DNA from: Verrucomicrobiaceae bacterium
Lineage (GTDB): Bacteria; Verrucomicrobiota; Verrucomicrobiia; Verrucomicrobiales; DEV007
Length of the DNA stretch: 64,000 nucleotides
Direction of reading: 5' to 3'
NCBI GenBank assembly: GCA_004211885.1
Contig: SHBV01000005.1
Location: 11,391-75,390 of the forward strand
Shown here: in pieces, positions 29,641 to 37,762 of the stretch
How positions within the stretch are numbered: the first letter of the stretch is position 1
How the letters are laid out: every line of letters starts with the position of its first letter
Position numbers and translations under genes: made by a program
Notes under the pieces: model-generated
Databases searched by the model: none
Seen by the model: the letters and a program-made list of their open reading frames with translations, nothing else
Told to the model about the DNA's origin: nothing

Positions 29641-31011
29641 TTATTCTCCGCTCAACTTATTTTCCCATTTACTAACTTGTTTGGAAACGTTTTTCGGGGA
29701 TGGGGCTCCAGCAGCAGTCCTTGCAGTTAGAGCTGATTTAACATCAAAGAGATCAAAGACTGATTCTTCAAAGTTCTCTGAGAATTCTTTATATTGTTGG
29801 ATTTCAATTTTCGGGAAAGGTGTTCTGCTTTCAATGGCATGTGCAGTGAGCTGGCCAACAATATTATGTGCCTCACGGAAAGGGACACCTTTCTTTACCA
29901 AATAGTCAGCGATGTCTGTCGCGAAGAGCATTGGATCAGAGCACGCTTCAAGGGCCTGGCCTTCATTAATGCTCATGCCATCTATCATTTCAGAAAAGAT
30001 AACCAATGCGTTTTGAATTGTGTCTATAGAATCAAATAGAGGTTCTTTATCTTCCTGAAGGTCACGGTTGTAAGTCATTGGCAAACCCTTAATCAGAGTC
30101 AGAATGGACATTAGATTCCCATAAAGTCGCCCCGTCTTACCTCTAGTCAGCTCAGCAATGTCGGGGTTTTTTTTCTGTGGCATCAGACTAGAACCGGTTG
30201 TGTGTTCATCACTCAGTGAAATGAATCCAAATTCTGCACTTGCCCAAAGTATAACGTCTTCACTGAGTCTTGATAAGTGAGTCCCTGTAAGTGCTAGGCA
30301 GAACAAGACTTCAGCAACAAAGTCACGATCACTAACTGCGTCCATACTGTTTTGACTGATTTCTGTAAAACCGAGCTGTTCGGCGATAAATTCTCTGTCG
30401 AGTGCGATTGTGCTACCAGCTAGTGCACCCGATCCTAGAGGCATTACATCGATTCTTTGTATTGAATCTTTTAGTCTGAGCGCGTCCCTCTCAAACATTT
30501 CAACATATGCTAAGAGGTGGTGAGAGAATAATACTGGCTGTCCTCTCTGTAAGTGAGTATAACCTGGAATCACTGAGTCGGGGAACCTTTTGCAGCATTG
30601 AACAAGTGCCCGTTGCATATCGCGCAGATTTTCTTGAATGTCATTGAGTGAATCTTTGCAGTAGAGCCTCACGTCAAGAGCTACCTGATCGTTTCTGCTC
30701 CTGGCTGTGTGTAGCTTGGCCCCAGCATCACCGATCCTATCCGTAAGAGCAGATTCGATATTCATGTGAATATCTTCGAGGTTCATATCAAACTCAAAAG
30801 AACCCTGCTCAATATCGGTCCCAATGTCTCTTAGTCCTTCGGTAATCTTTTTACATTCTTCTTGAGTAATGATACCGGCCCTCTCTAGAGCAGTTGCATG
30901 TGCAATGGATCCTGCAATATCATATTTGTACAAACGCCAATCAAAAGAAATTGATTCCCCGTATTGGGTTAACAATGACGACGTTTCTTTCTGGAATCGG
31001 CCTTTCCACAT
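29641..31011 (-). CDS. argH: Argininosuccinate lyase
   Basis: The translation shows MWKGRF...D.RLY..DI.GSIAH...L, HTARSRNDQV, and the GSSLMPQKKNPD signature loop. Confidence 0.95.
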   Translation of the reverse strand: MWKGRFQKETSSLLTQYGESISFDWRLYKYDIAGSIAHATALERAGIITQEECKKITEGLRDIGTDIEQGSFEFDMNLEDIHMNIESALTDRIGDAGAKLHTARSRNDQVALDVRLYCKDSLNDIQENLRDMQRALVQCCKRFPDSVIPGYTHLQRGQPVLFSHHLLAYVEMFERDALRLKDSIQRIDVMPLGSGALAGSTIALDREFIAEQLGFTEISQNSMDAVSDRDFVAEVLFCLALTGTHLSRLSEDVILWASAEFGFISLSDEHTTGSSLMPQKKNPDIAELTRGKTGRLYGNLMSILTLIKGLPMTYNRDLQEDKEPLFDSIDTIQNALVIFSEMIDGMSINEGQALEACSDPMLFATDIADYLVKKGVPFREAHNIVGQLTAHAIESRTPFPKIEIQQYKEFSENFEESVFDLFDVKSALTARTAAGAPSPKNVSKQVSKWENKLSGE

Positions 31012-31055
31012 AGTAGTTACTTTTTGTAGATTACTTTTTAGTCCCTATTAAATAC

Positions 31056-31523
31056 TCATTTATTGATGAGATTGTTGCAGGAGCCTGACTGGCGAAGTTT
31101 ATCGCACTTCGCTTTGATTTGGATGCTTTTGGTGGCGGGACTAAATCCAAGTCTCTTAGTGATACAGTCTTCTAATACACTCATGTGCTGATCTTCAAAC
31201 TCTATAACTTCAGAGCAGTCCACGCATATCAAGTGATTGTGATGAGGGTGCTCAATGAAGTTAGGGTCGTATGAGACGACTCCTTTACCAAGATCAATTT
31301 CATGCAATAAGCCACCTTCTACTAGCAGAGATACTGTCCGGTAAAGTGTGGCTAGTGATGCTTTGGGATCTATTGCTTTTGCCTTAGCATAAAGCTCTTC
31401 GGCAGTGAAATGATCTCCCTTATCTGAAAACGCAGCTTCGAGGATGATTTCTCTGGGTCTTGTCATCCTTAAACCTTTTTTGATGAACAGGGCATCAATT
31501 TTTTCTCGCACTTCTGGATTCAT
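31056..31523 (-). CDS. fur: Fur-family metal-responsive transcriptional regulator
   Basis: This is a 155-aa ORF with a winged-helix N-terminus (ATLYRTVSLLVEGGL). It carries the motif HHNHLICVDCSEVIEFED and a C-terminal Cys. The metal specificity (Fur, Zur or PerR) is not determinable from the sequence. Confidence 0.8.
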   Translation of the reverse strand: MNPEVREKIDALFIKKGLRMTRPREIILEAAFSDKGDHFTAEELYAKAKAIDPKASLATLYRTVSLLVEGGLLHEIDLGKGVVSYDPNFIEHPHHNHLICVDCSEVIEFEDQHMSVLEDCITKRLGFSPATKSIQIKAKCDKLRQSGSCNNLINK

Positions 31524-32415
31524 GAGGCAGTCTTATATTGTGTCAACTTTCGACCGCAGAAGGGGAGGCGTCAAATATGTGCCTCCACGAAAATTTTTAG
31601 ACGGCCTTAATATCAAAGTTGCTATTCCTGTGGCTATCTTTTCTACTATTTTAATAGTGTTTTTTTTATGGATATTAAAGAAAACCCCATTGGAGCAGAA
31701 GTGGGTAATCTTGAGGGATTATGATGACTGGCGCCCATTTTTGGCTTCCGAACAGTTCCAGAACAGTTTTGATGATGCCTTTTCTTTTGTTAGGCCCATT
31801 GATGCTGCTTTGACTCCACGAGCTACGAGATTTGATAGCCCCTTAGGATCGGAGAATGGTGCGCTCACTTATAATGCTCAGCCTTTCATGCATTTTAATT
31901 CCGGATTCGGTAGCAATCATCTGGCAGATGATTTGAATGGAATTGGTGGAATGAATACGGACCTAGGAGATAATATTTTTGCAGTGGCTGCTGGCCGTGT
32001 AATCTATGCCGCTGATGCGGGTGAGAGTTGGGGGAATGTTGTTATCATAGAGCATGCTATTGGAGAGGCTCGTACAAGAAAAATGATCCAGAGCGTTTAT
32101 GCTCATGTTGGGAAATTTTTTGTTGTGAGTGGCGCTTTAGTTCAGCGAGGTGATATAATTGGTGAAGTTGGTAATGCTAATGGACGTTACCCGGCTCACT
32201 TGCATTTTGAGATGCGAGAGTCTGATATTGCCGATCCTGGTGAAGGATATTCCAAGGATAAGCTGAACCGGATCAATCCATTAGAAACAATTGCAAGGCT
32301 GCGGGGAGCTGAGGGGAAGGTCTTGAACCGAGCTCCAGAAATTATAGACTTATTGGGTCCGGACCTTCAGGACATTAAATTTGATATTGAAGAATCAGTT
32401 CTTCGACAAAAATAA
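31522..32415 (+). CDS. Membrane-anchored M23 (LytM-type) metallopeptidase
   Basis: A single TM helix (VAIPVAIFSTILIVFFLWIL) is followed by M23 motifs (HLADDLNG, GNVVIIEH, AHLHFEMRE). The start is uncertain. ATG 31522 overlaps the fur start codon; the alternative is GTG 31579, which is preceded by GGGGAGG. Confidence 0.8.
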   Translation: MRQSYIVSTFDRRRGGVKYVPPRKFLDGLNIKVAIPVAIFSTILIVFFLWILKKTPLEQKWVILRDYDDWRPFLASEQFQNSFDDAFSFVRPIDAALTPRATRFDSPLGSENGALTYNAQPFMHFNSGFGSNHLADDLNGIGGMNTDLGDNIFAVAAGRVIYAADAGESWGNVVIIEHAIGEARTRKMIQSVYAHVGKFFVVSGALVQRGDIIGEVGNANGRYPAHLHFEMRESDIADPGEGYSKDKLNRINPLETIARLRGAEGKVLNRAPEIIDLLGPDLQDIKFDIEESVLRQK

Positions 32416-32422
32416 TCTATAC

Positions 32423-32528
32423 AAAAGTGGCTGCCAGAGAACTACGGCACTCTCGAACAAACTACCGTTGCTGCCGTCAGGCCCTGGCGGATTCGTCAGT
32501 CGATAGTCCATAGTCTCTGAACAACCGC
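32423..32528 (-). ncRNA. ffs: Candidate signal recognition particle RNA (4.5S-type ffs)
   Basis: On the minus strand a ~106-nt sequence folds by hand into one long interrupted hairpin of ~40 bp. Its apex reads CAGG-GCC-[UGAC]-GGC-AGCA, compared with the E. coli domain IV CAGG-UCC-[GGAA]-GGA-AGCA. A promoter-like TTGTCG-16 nt-TAGAAT (32560-32533) ends 4 nt upstream of the first paired base, and a U4 run lies at the 3' end. It sits in a convergent, ORF-free gap of higher GC. Confidence 0.55.
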
Positions 32529-32608
32529 TATCATTCTATGCGATCAAGTGGATGCGACAACCGAAAAGTGTCCCGTAGCTTAACAGCAACTAAAATTCAG
32601 GCCCTGAC

Positions 32609-33985
32609 TCAGGGCATTATCGAGCCAATGGACTCTGCAATTTTATTATAATATGCAGATTCATCTGGAGAATTTTCTTGGATGATTTTGTGATCAATGA
32701 ACTGATCATTCTCATTATTTCCATATCCTACAATGTGTGGAACTCCTTGTCGCTTAGCTTCCCTCACTGCTGATTTTGAATTATCAAACAGAATGGCAAC
32801 GTCAAAGGTTCTATCGCTAAATGAGCCGTCATCGGCATGAGGCGCCTTTGCGTGATCTGGTCGTTCAATGAATTTTTCGATCTCAGTAATATTTCCCCAA
32901 ATCTCTGGATGATTTCCTAAGACCGTAATTTTTGCATCTGGACGGCCCCCAGCAATGAGTCGAACGGTCTGTACTGATATTTTACAATGATCTTCCGACC
33001 GAGGAGCAATGATGAGAATGTTGAATGGCTGCAATTCATCTATCGTAATGTTTGGAGGTAAGCAAAATCCTCTTCTGTATTTTTCTATGAGGAAACGAGT
33101 CTTTGGGGTCTTCCATCGATTATGTAGCCAGAACCAGTCCTTTGGCGATCGGGTTATCATCTTTTCAACTTCCAGATTCATTTTTGCTGTGGTCATTGCG
33201 ATGCCCTCATCGGGACTCACTTCGAGCGGTTCAGAGACGATAACTTTCCATTTCGAGGGGCCCAGCGTGATAATAAAATAAGGAAACATGGTTGCTCCGG
33301 AACGAGCTGCCAAGAGCGGAGCCAGATTAGATGTTGATGCAAGCTTGCCAAATAAGGGGCACCAGACTCCTCGGTAACCAGCATTCTGATCGACGAGTAT
33401 TCCAAGGCTCCCTCCACCACGAAGATGAGCCATTGGTGCATTGAACCCGTCTTTTCGATCAAAGGCCTTAATGCCTGTCCTTTGTCTTTTCCTGAGTACG
33501 TGCGCGTCAATGTAGGGATTTGAAAGAGCTTGGTAGAGCGTTGACTGCCGGACATTAGCTACCGGTGAATTGATCTGCGCTAATATTTCCCAGGCGCCCA
33601 TGTGACAGGCAAGATAAATGATAGGGACTCCTTTTTCGGCATTTTCCTGAAGCAGTTCTAGTCCTTCGTATTCAATATAATTATTAATCTTTTTGGGAGA
33701 AACTGTTGTGAGCTTGGCACTGCAGACAAAGTTAGCGCCGACGGTTATAAAATGTTCCCTTACTAGCTGTTTTATTTCATGGGTGGATTTTGTATTAGCG
33801 AATGCGATACTGATATTATGCTCGGCAAGGTTTCGGTAACGCTTGAGTGCGCAATAACAAATGAGCCCAATTAGCTGGCCTGTCCTATAACAGAACCACA
33901 TAGGGGGTATCGTTAGTGCCGTCTCAGCTAGTCTATAAACTAAGTAAGCTAGTCCGTGGCTTAGTTTTTTTTGCCGCTTACCCAT
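32609..33985 (-). CDS. Lipid A biosynthesis lauroyl/myristoyl acyltransferase (LpxL/HtrB family) with C-terminal half-GT9-like (heptosyltransferase N-domain-like) extension
   Basis: The N-terminal ~300 aa has the LpxL pattern (TM anchor, ...CHMGAWE..., GILVDQN). The C-terminal ~150 aa (FNILIIAPRSEDHCKISVQTVRLIAGGRPDAKITVLGN...FDVAILFDNSKSA...) resembles only the first Rossmann half of GT9 enzymes. Confidence 0.65.
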   Translation of the reverse strand: MGKRQKKLSHGLAYLVYRLAETALTIPPMWFCYRTGQLIGLICYCALKRYRNLAEHNISIAFANTKSTHEIKQLVREHFITVGANFVCSAKLTTVSPKKINNYIEYEGLELLQENAEKGVPIIYLACHMGAWEILAQINSPVANVRQSTLYQALSNPYIDAHVLRKRQRTGIKAFDRKDGFNAPMAHLRGGGSLGILVDQNAGYRGVWCPLFGKLASTSNLAPLLAARSGATMFPYFIITLGPSKWKVIVSEPLEVSPDEGIAMTTAKMNLEVEKMITRSPKDWFWLHNRWKTPKTRFLIEKYRRGFCLPPNITIDELQPFNILIIAPRSEDHCKISVQTVRLIAGGRPDAKITVLGNHPEIWGNITEIEKFIERPDHAKAPHADDGSFSDRTFDVAILFDNSKSAVREAKRQGVPHIVGYGNNENDQFIDHKIIQENSPDESAYYNKIAESIGSIMP

Positions 33986-34024
33986 GGCCTGGATAGTTTC
34001 GCGGAAATTTTTCCTTTAGGATTT

Positions 34025-34555
34025 TTAGGGAGATTCCTTAGCAGGTTCTTCAGCTGGAGTCTCGATTTCTTCGACAGGTTTTGGAGCGGGTTCTTCAGCT
34101 GGAGTCTCGTTTTCTTTGACAGGTTTTGGAGCGGGTTCTTCAGCTGGAGTCTCGTTTTCTTCGACAGGTTTTGGTGCAGGCTCTTCCGGTGCAGGCTCTT
34201 CTATTAGCGTGGATGGCGTTTCTTTATTTTCTTGAGTCCCTAGTTCGATGATGCTTGGCGTATTTGATTCTGATCCGCTTGCTTGTGGATTCAGTTGTGT
34301 TTTGCTGTGCTCTTGTTGTTTCCCTACTAGGACGGCAAGGCTCAAAGTAATTACAAAGAAAATAATAGCGAGAGTGACGGTTGCTTTTTGTAGTACGTTT
34401 GAAGTTTGTGCTCCGAACATTTGGTCCGTGACTCCGCCACCAAATGCTGCGCCTAAACCTTCTTGTTTAGGCTTTTGCATTAAAACGATGAGAACCATTA
34501 ACAAACAGACAATAGCTAAAATAGCTGTCAGGCTCCATATAAAGAAACTAATCAT
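34025..34555 (-). CDS. secG: Preprotein translocase subunit SecG with Pro/Glu-rich repeat tail
   Basis: The N-terminal 75 aa is typical of SecG (two TM helices flanking QKPKQEGLGAAFGGG...FG). The tail contains three 15-aa repeats, PAPKPVEENETPAEE. Confidence 0.8.
   Translation of the reverse strand: MISFFIWSLTAILAIVCLLMVLIVLMQKPKQEGLGAAFGGGVTDQMFGAQTSNVLQKATVTLAIIFFVITLSLAVLVGKQQEHSKTQLNPQASGSESNTPSIIELGTQENKETPSTLIEEPAPEEPAPKPVEENETPAEEPAPKPVKENETPAEEPAPKPVEEIETPAEEPAKESP
34044..34178. repeat. 3 x 45-nt near-perfect tandem repeat inside secG
   Basis: The units span 34044-34088, 34089-34133 and 34134-34178 and differ by only a few substitutions. A degenerate partial copy follows. Confidence 0.9.
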
Positions 34556-34675
34556 GGGGCGCGGAGTATAGTGCTTCAGTGGATTAATGTAAAGTGGCAG
34601 AAGTGCTCTTTAAATTAATCTATACTTTACCTATATAGAATAGGGTGTATAGTATTCTCCCTCATTCACGTATTA

Positions 34676-35413
34676 ATGGCATTTAAGCTAGAAAGTAAGC
34701 ATGATTTTAATGTTATTGAAGAATCCGAACGCTTGGAGCGAGCGGATTTGAATGATGTTTTGTCTTGGATTTGGGACACTTTTGGAGAAAAAGCTGCTAT
34801 AGGGACGAGCTTTCAGGGTTCTGGTCTTGTAATCATTGACCATGCGATTAAGGGCGGCTGTAACTTTCCTATTTTCACTATAGATACCGGATTGCTTTTT
34901 CAAGAGACCCTTGCCCTCAAACAAAAGTTAGAGGAATTTTGGGGGATCAATATAGCTAGCGTTGACCCCGAGCAGACAGTTCAAGAGCAGGCCGATACTA
35001 TGGGGCCTGAACTCTGGAAGGTTCGGCCAGACAGTTGTTGCCAGATGAGGAAGGTTCTTCCACTTCAATCAAAGTTGTCGACTCTTGATGTATGGATCAC
35101 TGGTCTTCGGAGGGGACAATCGGAGCATCGTAAGAATACAAGAATTCTTGAGATGTATGAATTTGATAAAATGCGTTCCAGTTACATTTTCAAACTTAAT
35201 CCGATGGTTGACTGGAGCCGGGACAGTGTTTGGGAGTATATAAAAACACACAAGATACCTTACAACATTTTACATGATCAGGGGTACCAATCGATTGGTT
35301 GCAGACCATGCACGAAACCAGTTGGAGATACTAAGGATGAACGGGCAGGTCGTTGGGAAGGTTTTGAGAAGACAGAGTGCGGAATGCATACGTTTCTAGG
35401 TCAGGGAATTTGA
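34676..35413 (+). CDS. cysH: Assimilatory (phospho)adenylylsulfate reductase, Fe-S (APS-reductase) type
   Basis: It has a PAPS_reduct fold, the Cys pair DSCCQMRKV plus GCRPC (the [4Fe-4S] ligand pattern of APS reductases), and the catalytic C-terminal ECGMH. Confidence 0.9.
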   Translation: MAFKLESKHDFNVIEESERLERADLNDVLSWIWDTFGEKAAIGTSFQGSGLVIIDHAIKGGCNFPIFTIDTGLLFQETLALKQKLEEFWGINIASVDPEQTVQEQADTMGPELWKVRPDSCCQMRKVLPLQSKLSTLDVWITGLRRGQSEHRKNTRILEMYEFDKMRSSYIFKLNPMVDWSRDSVWEYIKTHKIPYNILHDQGYQSIGCRPCTKPVGDTKDERAGRWEGFEKTECGMHTFLGQGI

Positions 35414-35445
35414 TTTGGTATTCTGACGATTAACTAAAATAATTG

Positions 35446-36351
35446 ATGTCTTCATATCGAATTAATCATCTTGATCAGCTTGAAAGCGAAGCGCTATTTG
35501 TTCTGCGGGAAGTCGCTGCGCAATTCGATAATCCTGTGATGTTATTTTCAGGGGGTAAAGATTCTATCGTGATGGCTCATTTGGCTTTTAAGGCATTTCA
35601 CCCAGCCCGGCTTCCATTCCCATTGCTTCACGTAGACACGGGGCACAATTTTTCTGAAACTATTGAATATAGAGATCAGTTCGTGTCGGAAATAGGTGCT
35701 CGGCTAGTCATTGCATTAGTTCAAGATTCGATTGATAGGGGTAGGGTCGTTGAAGAGGATGGTCCTTTAGCGAGTCGTAATTCTTTGCAAACGGTCACTT
35801 TGTTGGACGCTCTCGAAGATGGGCAATATGATTCTGCCATAGGTGGCGGGCGTCGAGACGAGGAAAAAGCAAGAGCCAAAGAGCGTTTCTTTAGTCATAG
35901 GGATGGGTTCGGTCAATGGGATCCAAAAAACCAGAGACCTGAACTATGGAACATTTTCAATGGTCGAAAAAATCACGGCGAACATTTTAGGGTATTTCCA
36001 TTATCTAACTGGACTGAGATGGATATTTGGCAATACATCAGGCGTGAGAAAATAGAAATTCCATCTTTGTATTTTTCACATGACCGGGAAGTTTTCGAGC
36101 GTTCGGGAACACTAATAGCAGTCAGTGATCATGTTCATCTTCAGGAAAATGAACATGTTAAGACTATGAGAGTGAGGTTCCGTACCATAGGTGATGCGAC
36201 CTGTACTGGTGCAATAGAGTCTGAATCAGATACTCTTGATCAAATCATTGCAGAAGTTGCTGCGGCGCACCAGACAGAGCGAGGAACAAGAGAAGATGAC
36301 AGGCGCACTGAAACTTCAATGGAGGATCGGAAAAAGGAAGGCTATTTTTAA
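35446..36351 (+). CDS. cysD: Sulfate adenylyltransferase subunit 2
   Basis: The translation shows LESEALFVLREVAAQF.NPVMLFSGGKDS, LHVDTGHNF, and a C-terminal EDRKKEGYF. Confidence 0.95.
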   Translation: MSSYRINHLDQLESEALFVLREVAAQFDNPVMLFSGGKDSIVMAHLAFKAFHPARLPFPLLHVDTGHNFSETIEYRDQFVSEIGARLVIALVQDSIDRGRVVEEDGPLASRNSLQTVTLLDALEDGQYDSAIGGGRRDEEKARAKERFFSHRDGFGQWDPKNQRPELWNIFNGRKNHGEHFRVFPLSNWTEMDIWQYIRREKIEIPSLYFSHDREVFERSGTLIAVSDHVHLQENEHVKTMRVRFRTIGDATCTGAIESESDTLDQIIAEVAAAHQTERGTREDDRRTETSMEDRKKEGYF

Positions 36352-36365
36352 TTTTTGCCAATGGA

Positions 36366-37679
36366 TTGAATAAATTTGAACAGCAACAATCTGATATGGA
36401 AAAGGATTTATCTCAAAAAGACAATTACTTAGATATGGATCTTTTGAGATTTACGACTGCCGGTTCTGTAGATGATGGTAAGTCAACGCTCATAGGGAGA
36501 CTCTTGTATGATTCGAAAAATATTTTTGAAGATCAGATCAAGGCAGTTGAGGAATCATCGAGGCGTCGAGGCGATGATAATATGAACCTTGCTCTCCTGA
36601 CGGATGGTCTTAAGGCAGAGCGTGAGCAGGGCATTACAATAGATGTAGCCTACAGATACTTTGCTACACCTAAACGTAAGTTTATCATAGCTGATACGCC
36701 GGGACACATTCAATATACTAGGAACATGGTGACCGGAGCATCTACTGCGAACCTTGCTATTATTCTTGTAGATGCAAGGAAAGGAATCGTTGAGCAGACT
36801 TGTAGGCATGCATTCATAGCCAATCTTCTTAGAATACAGCATGTGATAGTAGCTATCAATAAAATGGATTTAGTGGATTTTAGTGAAGATGCTTATGAAG
36901 AGATTGTTGAGGAATTTAAGAGCTTCTCATCTAGGCTCGATAATTTAATTGATGTGACCTTCATTCCTATCAGTGCATTGCATGGTGACAACGTGGTTGA
37001 TAAATCGGAAAATATTGATTGGTATTCTGGTCCAACCTTATTGTATCAGCTTGAGACAGTGTACATAGGATCGGACCATAATCATGTTAAGGCCCGGTTC
37101 CCAGTTCAGTGGGTCATTCGACCTCATTCAGATGAGCATCATGACTTTCGAGGTTATGCGGGAAGAGTTGCAGGAGGAGTATTTAAGCCAGGAGACGAAG
37201 TGCAGGTTTTACCTTCCGGGTTCACATCAAAAATAGATTCTATTCATACTGCGGATGGAAAATTATCGGAAGCTTTCGCTCCAGTCTCTTGCAGTATTCT
37301 TCTCGAAGATGAAATTGATATTAGTCGGGGGGACATGATTGTTAAAAGTAATAATCCTCCGGAAAGGAGTCAGGACATTGAAGCAATGCTGTGTTGGTTC
37401 TCCGACAAAAAAATGATGATTCGTGGCAAGTATGTGCTTCGTCACACTTCGAAAGAGATCAAGGCAATTGTGACCGACCTTCAATACAAAATTAATATTA
37501 ATACTCTTAGAAAGGTTGAAGATGATAAGGAATTTGGGCTCAATGAGATAGGCAGAGCCTGCATTAGGACCTCTTCCCCTATCTTTTATGATTCATACAA
37601 TGATAATCGGAACACTGGTAGTTTTGTATTAATAGATGAGCAGACTAACGAAACAGTCGCCGCGGGTATGATATCTTAA
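36366..37679 (+). CDS. cysN: Sulfate adenylyltransferase subunit 1 (GTPase), no fused APS-kinase domain
   Basis: GTPase motifs are GSVDDGKSTLIGRLL, DTPGH and NKMD. At 437 aa it has no CysC domain. The start is TTG 36366 or ATG 36396. Confidence 0.9.
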   Translation: MNKFEQQQSDMEKDLSQKDNYLDMDLLRFTTAGSVDDGKSTLIGRLLYDSKNIFEDQIKAVEESSRRRGDDNMNLALLTDGLKAEREQGITIDVAYRYFATPKRKFIIADTPGHIQYTRNMVTGASTANLAIILVDARKGIVEQTCRHAFIANLLRIQHVIVAINKMDLVDFSEDAYEEIVEEFKSFSSRLDNLIDVTFIPISALHGDNVVDKSENIDWYSGPTLLYQLETVYIGSDHNHVKARFPVQWVIRPHSDEHHDFRGYAGRVAGGVFKPGDEVQVLPSGFTSKIDSIHTADGKLSEAFAPVSCSILLEDEIDISRGDMIVKSNNPPERSQDIEAMLCWFSDKKMMIRGKYVLRHTSKEIKAIVTDLQYKININTLRKVEDDKEFGLNEIGRACIRTSSPIFYDSYNDNRNTGSFVLIDEQTNETVAAGMIS

Positions 37680-37762
37680 ATCATCATTAATCAGTTAAAA
37701 GATTTTCCTGAGACTCTAATCAGGCGAGTTGCAAATAAGGTGATTACTTGCCACAATGATCT

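Noticed and set aside
32416-32608. I first read the plus strand of this gap as a possible 6S RNA, because of long-range pairing between CTACGGCAC and GTGTCCCGTAG.
   Set aside because: The minus strand gives a much better model. It forms a single ~106-nt hairpin with the SRP domain IV CAGG/AGCA signature, an appropriately placed promoter and a 3' U-run. No 6S-type central bubble could be built. I kept it as an ffs candidate instead.
32599-32614. I considered the hairpin GCCCTGA/TCAGGGC, which overlaps the stop codon of the LpxL-like gene, as a terminator.
   Set aside because: The loop would be only 1-5 nt and the downstream U-run on the minus strand is short and offset. This is too weak to annotate as a feature.
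34044-34178. I considered whether the tandem 45-nt repeats were a CRISPR-like array.
   Set aside because: The units are directly adjacent with no spacers, are in frame, and lie inside secG. This is a coding tandem repeat.
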